DNA of 64,000 bases, taken from contig CAYWTR010000015.1 of NCBI GenBank assembly GCA_964461255.1, forward strand, positions 6,983 to 70,982, given 5' to 3'. This document shows, piece after piece, positions 30,260-39,174 of this stretch; the first letter of the stretch is position 1; each line of letters begins with the position of its first letter. Made by a program: the position numbers and the translations under genes. This stretch comes from an uncultured Fibrobacteraceae bacterium. Its GTDB lineage: Bacteria; Krumholzibacteriota; Krumholzibacteriia; LZORAL124-64-63. Under the pieces are notes generated by a model. That model was given only the letters and a program-made list of their open reading frames with translations, did no database searches and had not been told where the DNA came from.

Positions 30260-31646
30260 GGGATTCTCCTTGGCTGATCGGAATGGAGCCGTCCGCGACG
30301 GCGTTGGCGAGCGCGACTCCGCGATACCAGGACGCGCTGTCCCGGGCAAGGCGTTTCTGGCTCCGGGGGTCGACCGCGAAGAGGCCGAACTTCATGCCGA
30401 AGCCGAAGCCCCATTCGAAATTGTCCATCAGCGTCCAGACAAAGTAGCCCGCCAGGGGAACTCCTTGCTCGATGGCGCGGTGCGCGGCCAGCAAGTGTTC
30501 GCGCAGGTAGGACACGCGCCGCCGATCGGCGCTGCGGCCCGACGCGTCGACCGGGTCGTCGTAGGCGGCGCCGTTCTCCGTGACGTAGACCTTGCGCGGG
30601 CCGTAATCGCGCTGGATCCGCAGGAGGCTCTCGCACAGCCCGTCCGGGTACACCTCCCAATCCATGTCCGTGATCCGCGCCGAGTCCGCCGGCGGCACGG
30701 ACAGCGGCCGCCCGTCCGGCCCCTCGCGCATCACCGCGCGGCTGTAATAGTTGACTCCCAGGAAATCCAGGGGCCTGGAGATGGCGGCCAGATCGCCGTC
30801 ACGCACGAAGGGCAGCTCGGGCCCAACGAGGTGGCCCAGGGCGACCCGGTCGGCGATCGCGTCCGCGGGATAGACGCCCCGGAAGATCGGATCGAGATAC
30901 CAGCGATTGAACGAGCCGTCGAACCAGCGGGCGGCGTCCCGGTCCGCCTCGCTGTCGCTGGCCGGATGCGCCGGGCAATGGATCAGCACGAGGCCGACCT
31001 CTGCCCCTGGCGATGTGTCGCGCAAGACGGCGGCCGCCCCCGCGTGCGACAGCAGGAGATGGTGGCCGACGCGGAGGGCCTCGGCGGGGTCGGTGTGCCC
31101 GGGCGCGTGGCGCCCTTCCTCGTGGCCGAGGGTCGCGACGCACCAGGGTTCGTTGTGGGTCACCCAGCGGCGGATCCGATCGCCGAGCCGCCGCCCGACA
31201 ACCGCCGCGTAGTCCGCAAAGGCTTCGACCGTGTCGCGCTGTGCCCACCCCCCGCGATCCTGCAGAGCCTGCGGGAGATCCCAGTGATAGAGCGTGGGGA
31301 ATGGTTCGATGCCCGCCTGGAGCAGGCCGTCAACCAGGGCGTCGTAGAAGTCGAGGCCGGCGGGGTTCGCCCTGCCGCGCCCCTCGGGCAGGATCCGCGG
31401 CCAGGCGATCGAGAAGCGGTACCCTCCCAGGCCAAGTCCCTCGATGAGCGCGACGTCCTCGCGCCAGCGATGATAGTGGTCGCAAGCGATCTCGGGGGTC
31501 GACCCGTCGGCGACATGCCCGCGACCCGCTGCGAAGGAGTCCCAGATCGATGCCCCCCGGCCTCCCGCCCGGCAGCCGCCCTCGATCTGCTGGGCCGAGG
31601 TGGCCACACCCCAGACGAAACCCTCAGGGAATTCCCGGCGGGGCAT
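30243..31646 (-). CDS. Glycoside hydrolase family 1 beta-glucosidase
   Basis: THNEPW (acid/base) and YVTENG (nucleophile). N-terminus FPEGFVWGVATSAQQIEG. Confidence 0.85.
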   Translation of the reverse strand: MPRREFPEGFVWGVATSAQQIEGGCRAGGRGASIWDSFAAGRGHVADGSTPEIACDHYHRWREDVALIEGLGLGGYRFSIAWPRILPEGRGRANPAGLDFYDALVDGLLQAGIEPFPTLYHWDLPQALQDRGGWAQRDTVEAFADYAAVVGRRLGDRIRRWVTHNEPWCVATLGHEEGRHAPGHTDPAEALRVGHHLLLSHAGAAAVLRDTSPGAEVGLVLIHCPAHPASDSEADRDAARWFDGSFNRWYLDPIFRGVYPADAIADRVALGHLVGPELPFVRDGDLAAISRPLDFLGVNYYSRAVMREGPDGRPLSVPPADSARITDMDWEVYPDGLCESLLRIQRDYGPRKVYVTENGAAYDDPVDASGRSADRRRVSYLREHLLAAHRAIEQGVPLAGYFVWTLMDNFEWGFGFGMKFGLFAVDPRSQKRLARDSASWYRGVALANAVADGSIPISQGESRVHEA

Positions 31647-31735
31647 TTCCAGCGCCTCCCCTGGAACGGTGGTCTGCGCAACCGCCGACCGGCGGCGGAG
31701 AACCGGGAACATCGCTCGCGGCCAGAAAAAAGTCT

Positions 31736-31764
31736 TTGTTCGGACTCCGAACATAGTGTATGAT
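31736..31764 (+). promoter_or_regulatory. sigma-70-type promoter (TTGTTC-N17-TATGAT) overlapped by the perfect palindrome GTTCGGACTCCGAAC (31738-31752)
   Basis: Hexamers and 17-nt spacer read directly. The 7-1-7 palindrome covers the -35/spacer, the classic repressor-operator position. The promoter drives the 31882 gene. Confidence 0.45.
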
Positions 31765-31881
31765 ACTGGTGGCTCTGTCAAGACACGATTCACGGGCATC
31801 GCACAGAGAAGATGCGACGCCGCAAGCCGGTGCAGGGAGTTCCGATGGCAGGGTGACGGCCTGCCAAGAGAGGTGGTTGAG

Positions 31882-32856
31882 ATGCAAACCAAGGCCGCTG
31901 CTGTTCTGGCGGTTGTCGTGCTGATCGGCATGACGCCAGCGATGGGTTCGGCCCTCGCGCCCTACAGCCAGGATTTCGAGGGGCTGGCTCTGCCGTCGCC
32001 CGGCGGACTGCTCGGCGACGGCTGGCTTGTGTACGGCAACGTCTTCAGCCCGGGCGGGACGTACCTGTACGGATACGGTCCTTTCCCGGCGCCCAACGAC
32101 GGCGCCGCGTTCTGCGCCATCGCCGCCGACGAGGGAGGGGCAGAACAGGGCGCTCACCAGCTGTCCGTCTACAGCGATTACAACAACGGCGATCACGCCG
32201 CCGGCAATCTGATCGAGGCCAACGTCTTCCAGGAGCAGACGATCCTGCCCGCAGATGTCGGCAACGTCTGGATCTTCGAGTTCCAGGCCAAGCTCGGCAA
32301 CCTGGTCGCCCCCTCGACCGCCGCGGCCTTCATCAAGACGCTCGATCCCGGCGCCGGTTACGCCATGACCAATTTCATCACCGCGGACATGACGGCCATT
32401 CCCACGACCTGGTCGGGCTACTCCTTGTCGATCACGATCGATTCGAGCCTGGCGGGTCAGATCCTGCAGTTCGGATTCATGAACACGGCGACGCTCTACG
32501 TATCGTCAGGCGTCTTCTACGACAACGTGAACTTCCGCCTGAGCACGGCGACCGACGTGCCCGGGGGCGACGCCGCGCGCGGCGCGATGCTGCGCCAGAA
32601 CTATCCGAACCCGTTCAACCCGTCGACACGGATCGACTTCGCGTTGGAGAGCGCGGGGCCCGTCGAGCTGTCCGTCTTCGACGCCGGCGGCCGCAGGGTC
32701 GCCACTCTGCTGCAGCGCAACCTCGCGGCCGGCGAGCACCATGCTGTCTGGAACGGGCGGACGGACGGCGGCCGGCCCGCACCCGCGGGCCAGTACTACT
32801 ACCTCCTGGAGACGGCGACGACGCGCATCTCCCGGGGCATGGTGCTGGTGAAGTAG
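31882..32856 (+). CDS. Secreted protein of unknown function with T9SS-type C-terminal sorting domain (paralog of 38219-38926)
   Basis: Signal peptide MQTKAAAVLAVVVLIGMTPAMGSALA. Core LAPYSQDFEGLALPSPGGLLGDGWLVYGNVF... C-terminus NYPNPFNPSTRIDFAL...GQYYYLL...SRGMVLVK. Confidence 0.6.
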   Translation: MQTKAAAVLAVVVLIGMTPAMGSALAPYSQDFEGLALPSPGGLLGDGWLVYGNVFSPGGTYLYGYGPFPAPNDGAAFCAIAADEGGAEQGAHQLSVYSDYNNGDHAAGNLIEANVFQEQTILPADVGNVWIFEFQAKLGNLVAPSTAAAFIKTLDPGAGYAMTNFITADMTAIPTTWSGYSLSITIDSSLAGQILQFGFMNTATLYVSSGVFYDNVNFRLSTATDVPGGDAARGAMLRQNYPNPFNPSTRIDFALESAGPVELSVFDAGGRRVATLLQRNLAAGEHHAVWNGRTDGGRPAPAGQYYYLLETATTRISRGMVLVK

Positions 32857-32958
32857 CCGGCGCCGACACGGGGGGCCGACGGCCTCGGCCCCCCCCATCG
32901 TCCACGCCGAGAAGCGAGACGTTCATGAGACCCCGCACTCCACTCCGGACGGCAACAG

Positions 32959-35900
32959 ATGGAGGGTAGGCCGGCACCATCGCCGCTGCCGGCGCCGCTC
33001 GGCGCCGCGCCCGCATCCCCGGCGGGCGGTCTCGTCGACTTCGAGGGGGAGCCTTACTACCGGATTTCTGCCTATCAGCGGCTGGCTCCCTTCCTGGTGT
33101 GCCTGGCAAGCGACACCGATCTCTGGATGTTCGTCTCCTCCCGGGGCGGGCTCACGGCCGGCAGGGTCGACCCCGATGGCAGCCTCTTCCCCTACGAGAC
33201 CGTCGATCGGCTGCACGATGCCCACCACCACACCGGACCGGTGAGCGTGATCCGATTCGAGCGCGGCGCGAGCGCGCCCGCGACGTGGGAACCATTCTCC
33301 GAGACGGCGGCGCAGCATCCCGCCAGCGAACGGAACCTCCTCAAGAACGTCGCCGGCAATCGCCTCGTGTTCGAGGAGACCCGCCACGACCTCAAGCTCT
33401 GCTTCCGGTACTCCTGGGCCGCCTGCGACGCGTTCGGGTGGGTGCGGACAGCGGTTCTGGAGAATCGCGGCCCCTGTCCCGTCCACATCTCCCTGCTGGA
33501 CGGCCTGCGGAACGTGCTGCCCCATGGCGCGCCGCTCGCCCTGTACCAGCAGGCGTCCAACCTGGTCGACGCCTACAAGAAGGCGGAGGCGGATCCGGAG
33601 ACCGGGCTGGGCATATTCTCGCTGACGGCCGGGATCACCGACCGGGCGGAGGCGCTGGAGTGCCTCACCGCCAACGTCGCCTGGTGCTGCGGCCTTGAGC
33701 GGTTCCGGGTGCACCTGTCGCTCGCCTGCCTGGCCGACTTCCGGCAAGGGCGGATCGTCGCGGGCCAGCACGCCCTCAATGGGGCCAGGGGGAATTACCT
33801 GGTGAGCTCGCGGCTGGACCTGGACCCCGGCGAGAGCGCGCGCTGGCATCTGGTCTGCGACGCGGGCAGGGACCACGTCCAGATCGCCGCCCTGCGCCGG
33901 CGATTGATCGCGCAGGAGGACCTGCCCGCGCGGATCGACGCCGGCCTGCGGCAGGCCGCCGAGAATCTCCGGCGCTGCGTCGGCAGCGCCGATGGCATTC
34001 AGCTCTCGGGCCGTCCCGAGACCTGGAGCCATCATTTCGCGAACGTCCTCTTCAACAACATGCGCGGCGGCATCTTCTGGCGGAACCACGAGGTTCCGGT
34101 GGGCGACTTCGCCGATTTCCTCCGCACGCGCAACGCCGCCGTTGCCGCGCGGCAGGAGCGGCTGCTCGGCGAGCTGCCCGCCGTGATCGCGTCGCCCCGG
34201 CTGCGCGCCATCGCCTCCGGCAGCGGCGACGCCGACTTCGCGCGGCTGGCCCACGAATACCTCCCGCTTTACTTCGGCCGCCGTCACGGCGATCCCAGCC
34301 GGCCCTGGAACCGCTTCGCGATCCGCGTGCGCGCTCGCGACGGCGCACAGAAGCTGCACTACGAGGGCAACTGGCGGGACATCTTCCAGAACTGGGAGGC
34401 CCTCTGCGCCTCGTACCCTTGCTTTCTGCCCAACGTCGTCGCCAAGTTCGTCAACGCCTCGACGGTGGACGGCTTCAACCCGTACCACATCTCCCGCGAC
34501 GGCATCGCCTGGGAGACCGTCTCGCCGGACGACCCCTGGAGCAACATCGGGTACTGGGGCGACCACCAGATCATCTACCTGCTGAAGCTGCTCGAGGCGT
34601 TGGATCGCTACGACCCGGCGGCGCTGGACCGGATGCTCGCCGCGGAGATCTTCTGCTACGCCGACGTGCCGTACCGGATCCGACCGTACGCGGCGATCCT
34701 GCAGAACCCGCGAGCCACCATCGAGTACGACGCCGCGCGCGCCGCGCGCGTCGCCAGGCGGGTCGCGCAGCTGGGCGCCGACGGCAAGCTCCTCGGCGGC
34801 GCGGACGGAACGATCCACCACGTCAATCTGCTGGAAAAGCTGCTCGTGCCGGCCCTGTCCAAACTGTCGAACCTGATCCCCGGCGCCGGCATCTGGATGA
34901 ACACCCAGCGGCCGGAGTGGAACGACGCGAACAACGCGCTCGGCGGGGGCGGCGTGTCGGTGGTCACGCTCTGCTACTTGCGCCGCTACCTGGCCTTCCT
35001 CGCCGTCCGGCTGCAGGCCGCCGGCGATGCGTCGCTGCCCCTGTCCAGCGAGGTGGCCGACTGGTTCGCCGGGGTCGAGGCGGCGCTGGAGCGCGAGCGG
35101 GGAGCGTTGCGCGCCGGCGTCTACGACCCGCGCGACCGCAAGAGGCTGATGGATCTGCTGGGCGGCGCTTTCGATGCGTACCGGGAAGCGGTGTACGCGC
35201 GCGGCTTCTCGGGGCGGAAGCTCCTGCCGGTCGCGCGGGTGGTGCGACTGTGCCGCACGGGGCTGGCGCACCTGGACCACGCGATCGGCGCCAACCAGCG
35301 CGACGATGGCCTCTACCATGGCTACAACCTGCTGGAGATATCCGCGGACGGCAGCCGGGCCGGCCTGGGTCGCCTGCCGCTGATGCTCGAGGGGCAGGTG
35401 GCCGCCCTCAGCTCGGGAGCGCTCACGGCCGAGCAGTCGCTGGCTGTCCTGGAGCGTCTCTTCGCCAGCGCGCTCTACCGGCCCGATCAACGCTCCTTCT
35501 TGCTCTACCCCGAGCGGTCGCTGCCGGGCTTCCTGGCCAAGAACGTCGTGCCGGACGAGCCCGCCGCCGCTATCCCCCTGCTGCGAGACATGTTGGCGGC
35601 GGGGGATTCGACCGTGCTGGCGCGTGACATCGACGGCGTGATCCGCTTCGCCGGGCATCTGCGAAACGCCCGCGATCTCGCGGTCCTGCTGGAAGACCTC
35701 GAGCGGCGATCAGAATGGTCGGCCGCCGTCGCGCGGGACCGCGGCGCCGTGCTCGATCTGTTCGAGCAAGTCTTCCGCCACAGGTCCTACACCGGGCGCT
35801 CCGGCGTGATGCACGCCTACGAAGGCCTCGGTTGTATCTACTGGCACATGGTCGCGAAGCTGCTGCTCGCGGCTCAGGAGGCCGCGCTGCGCGCCGAGCG

Positions 35901-36450
35901 GGAGGGCGCGCCCGCCTCGGTCCGCGACGGCCTGAAGGCCGTCTACTTCCGGATCCGCGCCGGTCTGGGCCACGAAAAGACGGTGGCCGAGTACGGCGCC
36001 TTCCCCACCGACCCCCACTCGCACACGCCGCCCGGAGGCGGGGCGCAGCAGCCGGGCATGACCGGGCAGGTGAAGGAAGAGATTCTCACCCGCCTGGGCG
36101 AGCTCGGGGTCTGCGTCGAGAGCGGAACGCTGCGGCTGAGGCCCTGCCTCTTGCGTGAGGACGAGCTGCTCGAGCGGCCCGCCGAGTTCCGGTATTACGA
36201 TGTCGGTGGCCACGCGCGGGCGCTCGCTCTGCCCAGCGGCAGCCTGGCCTTCACCTTCTGCCAGGTGCCGGTGGTCTACGCGCGCGCCGCCGCAGCGGCA
36301 AGCATGAAGATCGTCCGTGCCGACGGGAGCGAAGAGGAACGCCCCGGCGACACGCTCGACGCCCGCTGGAGCGCGGAGCTGTTCGCGCGCAGCGGGGCGA
36401 TCGATCGCATCGAGGTCAAGGTCTCGCCGCACGGCATCGACCCCGTCTAG
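32959..36450 (+). CDS. Large cytoplasmic GH94-like glycoside phosphorylase candidate, possibly a beta-glucan phosphorylase of GH94/GH149/GH161 type
   Basis: 1163 aa with no signal peptide. RPEWNDANNALGG resembles the GH94 general-acid GDWND motif. NWRDIFQNWEAL is typical of (alpha/alpha)6-barrel phosphorylases. Size fits GH149/GH161. Confidence 0.45.
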   Translation: MEGRPAPSPLPAPLGAAPASPAGGLVDFEGEPYYRISAYQRLAPFLVCLASDTDLWMFVSSRGGLTAGRVDPDGSLFPYETVDRLHDAHHHTGPVSVIRFERGASAPATWEPFSETAAQHPASERNLLKNVAGNRLVFEETRHDLKLCFRYSWAACDAFGWVRTAVLENRGPCPVHISLLDGLRNVLPHGAPLALYQQASNLVDAYKKAEADPETGLGIFSLTAGITDRAEALECLTANVAWCCGLERFRVHLSLACLADFRQGRIVAGQHALNGARGNYLVSSRLDLDPGESARWHLVCDAGRDHVQIAALRRRLIAQEDLPARIDAGLRQAAENLRRCVGSADGIQLSGRPETWSHHFANVLFNNMRGGIFWRNHEVPVGDFADFLRTRNAAVAARQERLLGELPAVIASPRLRAIASGSGDADFARLAHEYLPLYFGRRHGDPSRPWNRFAIRVRARDGAQKLHYEGNWRDIFQNWEALCASYPCFLPNVVAKFVNASTVDGFNPYHISRDGIAWETVSPDDPWSNIGYWGDHQIIYLLKLLEALDRYDPAALDRMLAAEIFCYADVPYRIRPYAAILQNPRATIEYDAARAARVARRVAQLGADGKLLGGADGTIHHVNLLEKLLVPALSKLSNLIPGAGIWMNTQRPEWNDANNALGGGGVSVVTLCYLRRYLAFLAVRLQAAGDASLPLSSEVADWFAGVEAALERERGALRAGVYDPRDRKRLMDLLGGAFDAYREAVYARGFSGRKLLPVARVVRLCRTGLAHLDHAIGANQRDDGLYHGYNLLEISADGSRAGLGRLPLMLEGQVAALSSGALTAEQSLAVLERLFASALYRPDQRSFLLYPERSLPGFLAKNVVPDEPAAAIPLLRDMLAAGDSTVLARDIDGVIRFAGHLRNARDLAVLLEDLERRSEWSAAVARDRGAVLDLFEQVFRHRSYTGRSGVMHAYEGLGCIYWHMVAKLLLAAQEAALRAEREGAPASVRDGLKAVYFRIRAGLGHEKTVAEYGAFPTDPHSHTPPGGGAQQPGMTGQVKEEILTRLGELGVCVESGTLRLRPCLLREDELLERPAEFRYYDVGGHARALALPSGSLAFTFCQVPVVYARAAAAASMKIVRADGSEEERPGDTLDARWSAELFARSGAIDRIEVKVSPHGIDPV

Positions 36451-36500
36451 CCGGCGAGCGCCCCTGGTTCGAAACACCGCCAGTCGCACAGGAGTCGATC

Positions 36501-38111
36501 ATGAAGCCGATATCCCTCCCGCCGGCGGCCGCTCTCGCCCTGGCCTTCCTCGCTCTGAGCAGCGCAGAGGCCCCGGGGCAATGCATCCTCGCCAATCCCA
36601 GCTTCGAAATCGTCGGTTCGGGAGGAACCGTTTTCGGCGGCTGGTCTCAGTTCGGAGCCATCGGCGCGGTCACGACGGCCGTCCACGGGGCCAGAGCGGC
36701 GCGCGTCAGCGGTCCGAACCAGGGCGGTTGGGATGTCTCGGGTTACTGGCAGCCGCTGGACTGCGTCCCTGGGGAGCGGTGGGCGGTCACGGGCCACGTG
36801 CGCCATCCCGGGAGCAAGCCTCTGACAGGCCAGTGCATCGCCCTGGTCAACCTCGAGTGGCGCGATGCCGGCGGCAACTTGATCAGCTACGATTCCCACA
36901 CCGTCGCCGACGCCTCCACGCCGACGGACACGTACCTGGATTTCTCGTTCGTGAGCGCCGCGGCGCCCGCGGGGACCGTCAAGACGCGGCTCCTGCTCGG
37001 CGTCCTGCAGAGCCCGGCCGATCCGTCGCCTGATGTGCACTTCGACCAGATCACATGCCACAGCACGACGCCGCCGACCATCGACGACATACAGTGGATG
37101 GATTTCCCCGGGGGCACCACTCTCGTCTTCGGCGGCAGGACCTGGCGCGTCAAGGGCCCCGGCTACTACGGTCCCGGCGGCAACCTGTTCAGCAACGCCG
37201 CCAGCAGCGTCTGGGTCGACGCGAGCGCCCGGTTGCACCTGACGCTCAAGAGGATCGGCGGTTCGTGGTACAGCACCGAGGTGGTCGTCGAGCAGCCGCT
37301 GGGCTACGGAGACTACATCGTGACCACCGTCGGCCGACTGGACCAGCTCGATCCCCAGGCGGTGCTGGGCCTGTTCCTGTGGCAGTATGGCGATTGCTGG
37401 GACGAAGGCTACCTGTGGTGGAACGCCTTCAACGAGGTCGATATCGAATACAGCCGCTGGGGCAACCCTGCCGCGGACATCGGGCAGTTCGTCGCCCAGC
37501 CCTATGATTACCCGGGCAACATCCGGCGCTTCGCCGCCACCTTCGGGGACGACGAATTGACCAGCCACGCCATGCGTTGGCTGCCCGATCGCGTCGAGTA
37601 CCGCGTCTGGCGCGGCGGGCCCGGCGACGAATCGCCGGCGACCACGGTCAGCGCCTGGACCTACGCCGGCCCGCACATCCCACGCCCCGAGCAGCCCCGA
37701 CTGCACCTGAACCTGTGGAAGCTCGGCGGCACGCCGGCCGCGGACCAGGAAGTGATCTTCCAGAACTTCACCTTCGTTCCGGAGGGTCTGACCGCCGTGG
37801 CGGCGCAGCAGAGCCCCGCCTCTCCCGCGACCCCGGCCGGCCGTCTGCACCCGGCGGCGCCGAATCCGTTCAATCCCTCGACCACGGCCCGCTTCGATCT
37901 GATCCGCGGCGGCCGCTTTCGGCTTGCGGTCTACGACTTGGGGGGAGGCATCGTGCGGACTCTCGCCAGCGGCGACCTGCCCGCCGGCAGCCATTCGGCC
38001 AGGTGGGACGGGCGGGACGACCATGGCCGCCCTCTGCCCTCGGGAGTGTACATCCTGCGGTTGCAAGGCAGCGATTTCAGCGACAGCCGGCCGGTCGTGC
38101 TGACGAAGTGA
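36501..38111 (+). CDS. Secreted CBM4/9-like plus GH16-like (concanavalin-type) beta-glucanase with T9SS-type C-terminal sorting domain
   Basis: Signal peptide. N-terminal ANPSFE...GWSQ CBM-like module. NEVDIEYSRWG (ExDxE). C-terminus NPFNPSTTARFDL...GVYILRL...RPVVLTK. Confidence 0.55.
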   Translation: MKPISLPPAAALALAFLALSSAEAPGQCILANPSFEIVGSGGTVFGGWSQFGAIGAVTTAVHGARAARVSGPNQGGWDVSGYWQPLDCVPGERWAVTGHVRHPGSKPLTGQCIALVNLEWRDAGGNLISYDSHTVADASTPTDTYLDFSFVSAAAPAGTVKTRLLLGVLQSPADPSPDVHFDQITCHSTTPPTIDDIQWMDFPGGTTLVFGGRTWRVKGPGYYGPGGNLFSNAASSVWVDASARLHLTLKRIGGSWYSTEVVVEQPLGYGDYIVTTVGRLDQLDPQAVLGLFLWQYGDCWDEGYLWWNAFNEVDIEYSRWGNPAADIGQFVAQPYDYPGNIRRFAATFGDDELTSHAMRWLPDRVEYRVWRGGPGDESPATTVSAWTYAGPHIPRPEQPRLHLNLWKLGGTPAADQEVIFQNFTFVPEGLTAVAAQQSPASPATPAGRLHPAAPNPFNPSTTARFDLIRGGRFRLAVYDLGGGIVRTLASGDLPAGSHSARWDGRDDHGRPLPSGVYILRLQGSDFSDSRPVVLTK

Positions 38112-38218
38112 GCCGACGGCCGGTCGCCCCAGGCGCGCCGGCCGCCGCGTGCACGAGCCGATATAGGGAAGGGCCGCCTCCCTGACGGAAGACGGCCCTT
38201 GATTTGGGTCACTCCATA

Positions 38219-38926
38219 TCAGCGGAACAGCGACTTCACGCCGCCCCAGGAGCTTTCCTCGCTCGGCACCGGTGTGCCGGTGTAGAACTGCACGTCGTCG
38301 TAGAAGACGCCCGACGGCTCGTACAGCCGCGCGTGGCTGACGAATCCGAATTGCAGGATCTGGCCCACGAGGCCAGCGTCGATCGTGATCGTCAACGTGT
38401 GCGCCGACCAGGTCGTGGGGATGGTCGTCATGTCGGCGGTGATGTAGTTGGTCATGGCGTAGCCGGCGCCGGGATCCAGGGTCTTGATGAAGGCCGCGGC
38501 GGTCGTGCTCCCGGCCAGGTTGCCGAGCTTGGCCTGGAAGCTGTAGGTCCAGGTCTCGCCGACATCTTCAGCGGTGACGATTTGCTCCTGGAAGACGTTG
38601 GACTCGATGATGCCGTCGGCGTGGTTGCCGTTGTTGTAATCGCTGTAGACGGACAGGCATTGCCCGCCGATGCCTTCGCCGGCGACGATCGCGCAGAACG
38701 CGGCGCCATCGTTGGGGGCCGGGAACGGGCCGTAGCCGTACCACCAACCCCAGTCGTACCCGAAGACGTTGCCGTACACCAGCCAGCCGTCGCCGAGCAA
38801 CCCGCCCGGCGATGGCAGAGGCAGGCTCTCGAAGTCCTGCCCATAGGGCGCCAGCGCCTGGCTCGCCGCGGGCAGCAGGCAGACCAGCATGGCGGCCCCG
38901 AGGATGGAAGCGGTTCGTGCACGCAT
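38219..38926 (-). CDS. Secreted paralog of the 31882 protein, ending in the short SWGGVKSLFR tail instead of a T9SS domain
   Basis: Signal peptide MRARTASILGAAMLVCLLPAASQALA. The core is about 65% identical to 31882-32856. C-terminus ...TGTPVPSEESSWGGVKSLFR. Confidence 0.6.
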   Translation of the reverse strand: MRARTASILGAAMLVCLLPAASQALAPYGQDFESLPLPSPGGLLGDGWLVYGNVFGYDWGWWYGYGPFPAPNDGAAFCAIVAGEGIGGQCLSVYSDYNNGNHADGIIESNVFQEQIVTAEDVGETWTYSFQAKLGNLAGSTTAAAFIKTLDPGAGYAMTNYITADMTTIPTTWSAHTLTITIDAGLVGQILQFGFVSHARLYEPSGVFYDDVQFYTGTPVPSEESSWGGVKSLFR

Positions 38927-39039
38927 CTCTCGACCTTTCTGCGAGGGGTTCCCGCTTGCTCTCGGAACGCCCGAAACGATCGCGGTCCGGTTGGCAAGTC
39001 GCTCCAAAGTTGATTCTCTGTCGTATATCATAGACTATG

Positions 39040-39099
39040 TTCGGTCACCGAATCAAGTCAAAAATGCCGCTTGACCGGATTCGGATCCGGAGATACTTT
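39040..39099. promoter_or_regulatory. Divergent control region with nested inverted repeats: TTCGGTCACCGAA (39040-39052) and CCGAATCAAGTCAA/TTGACCGGATTCGG (39048-39084), overlapping a TTGACC-N17-TACTTT promoter
   Basis: Palindromes read directly. They share the TTCGG-N3-CCGAA half-site arrangement with the operator at 31738-31752. Confidence 0.4.
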
Positions 39100-39174
39100 G
39101 TTCGGGTTTCGTACAAAGAAATTCTCCTCAGCGGGCGATCCTCCGAACCTGGAGGCGGCAAACGAGATGGCACG

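Noticed and set aside
27314-30277. 987-aa plus-strand and 842-aa alternative minus-frame ORFs overlapping the GH2-like gene
   Set aside because: These are shadow ORFs. Only the 27065-30259 frame shows the glycosidase motifs (GNENNYG, FTEFGAD), a signal peptide and an RBS.
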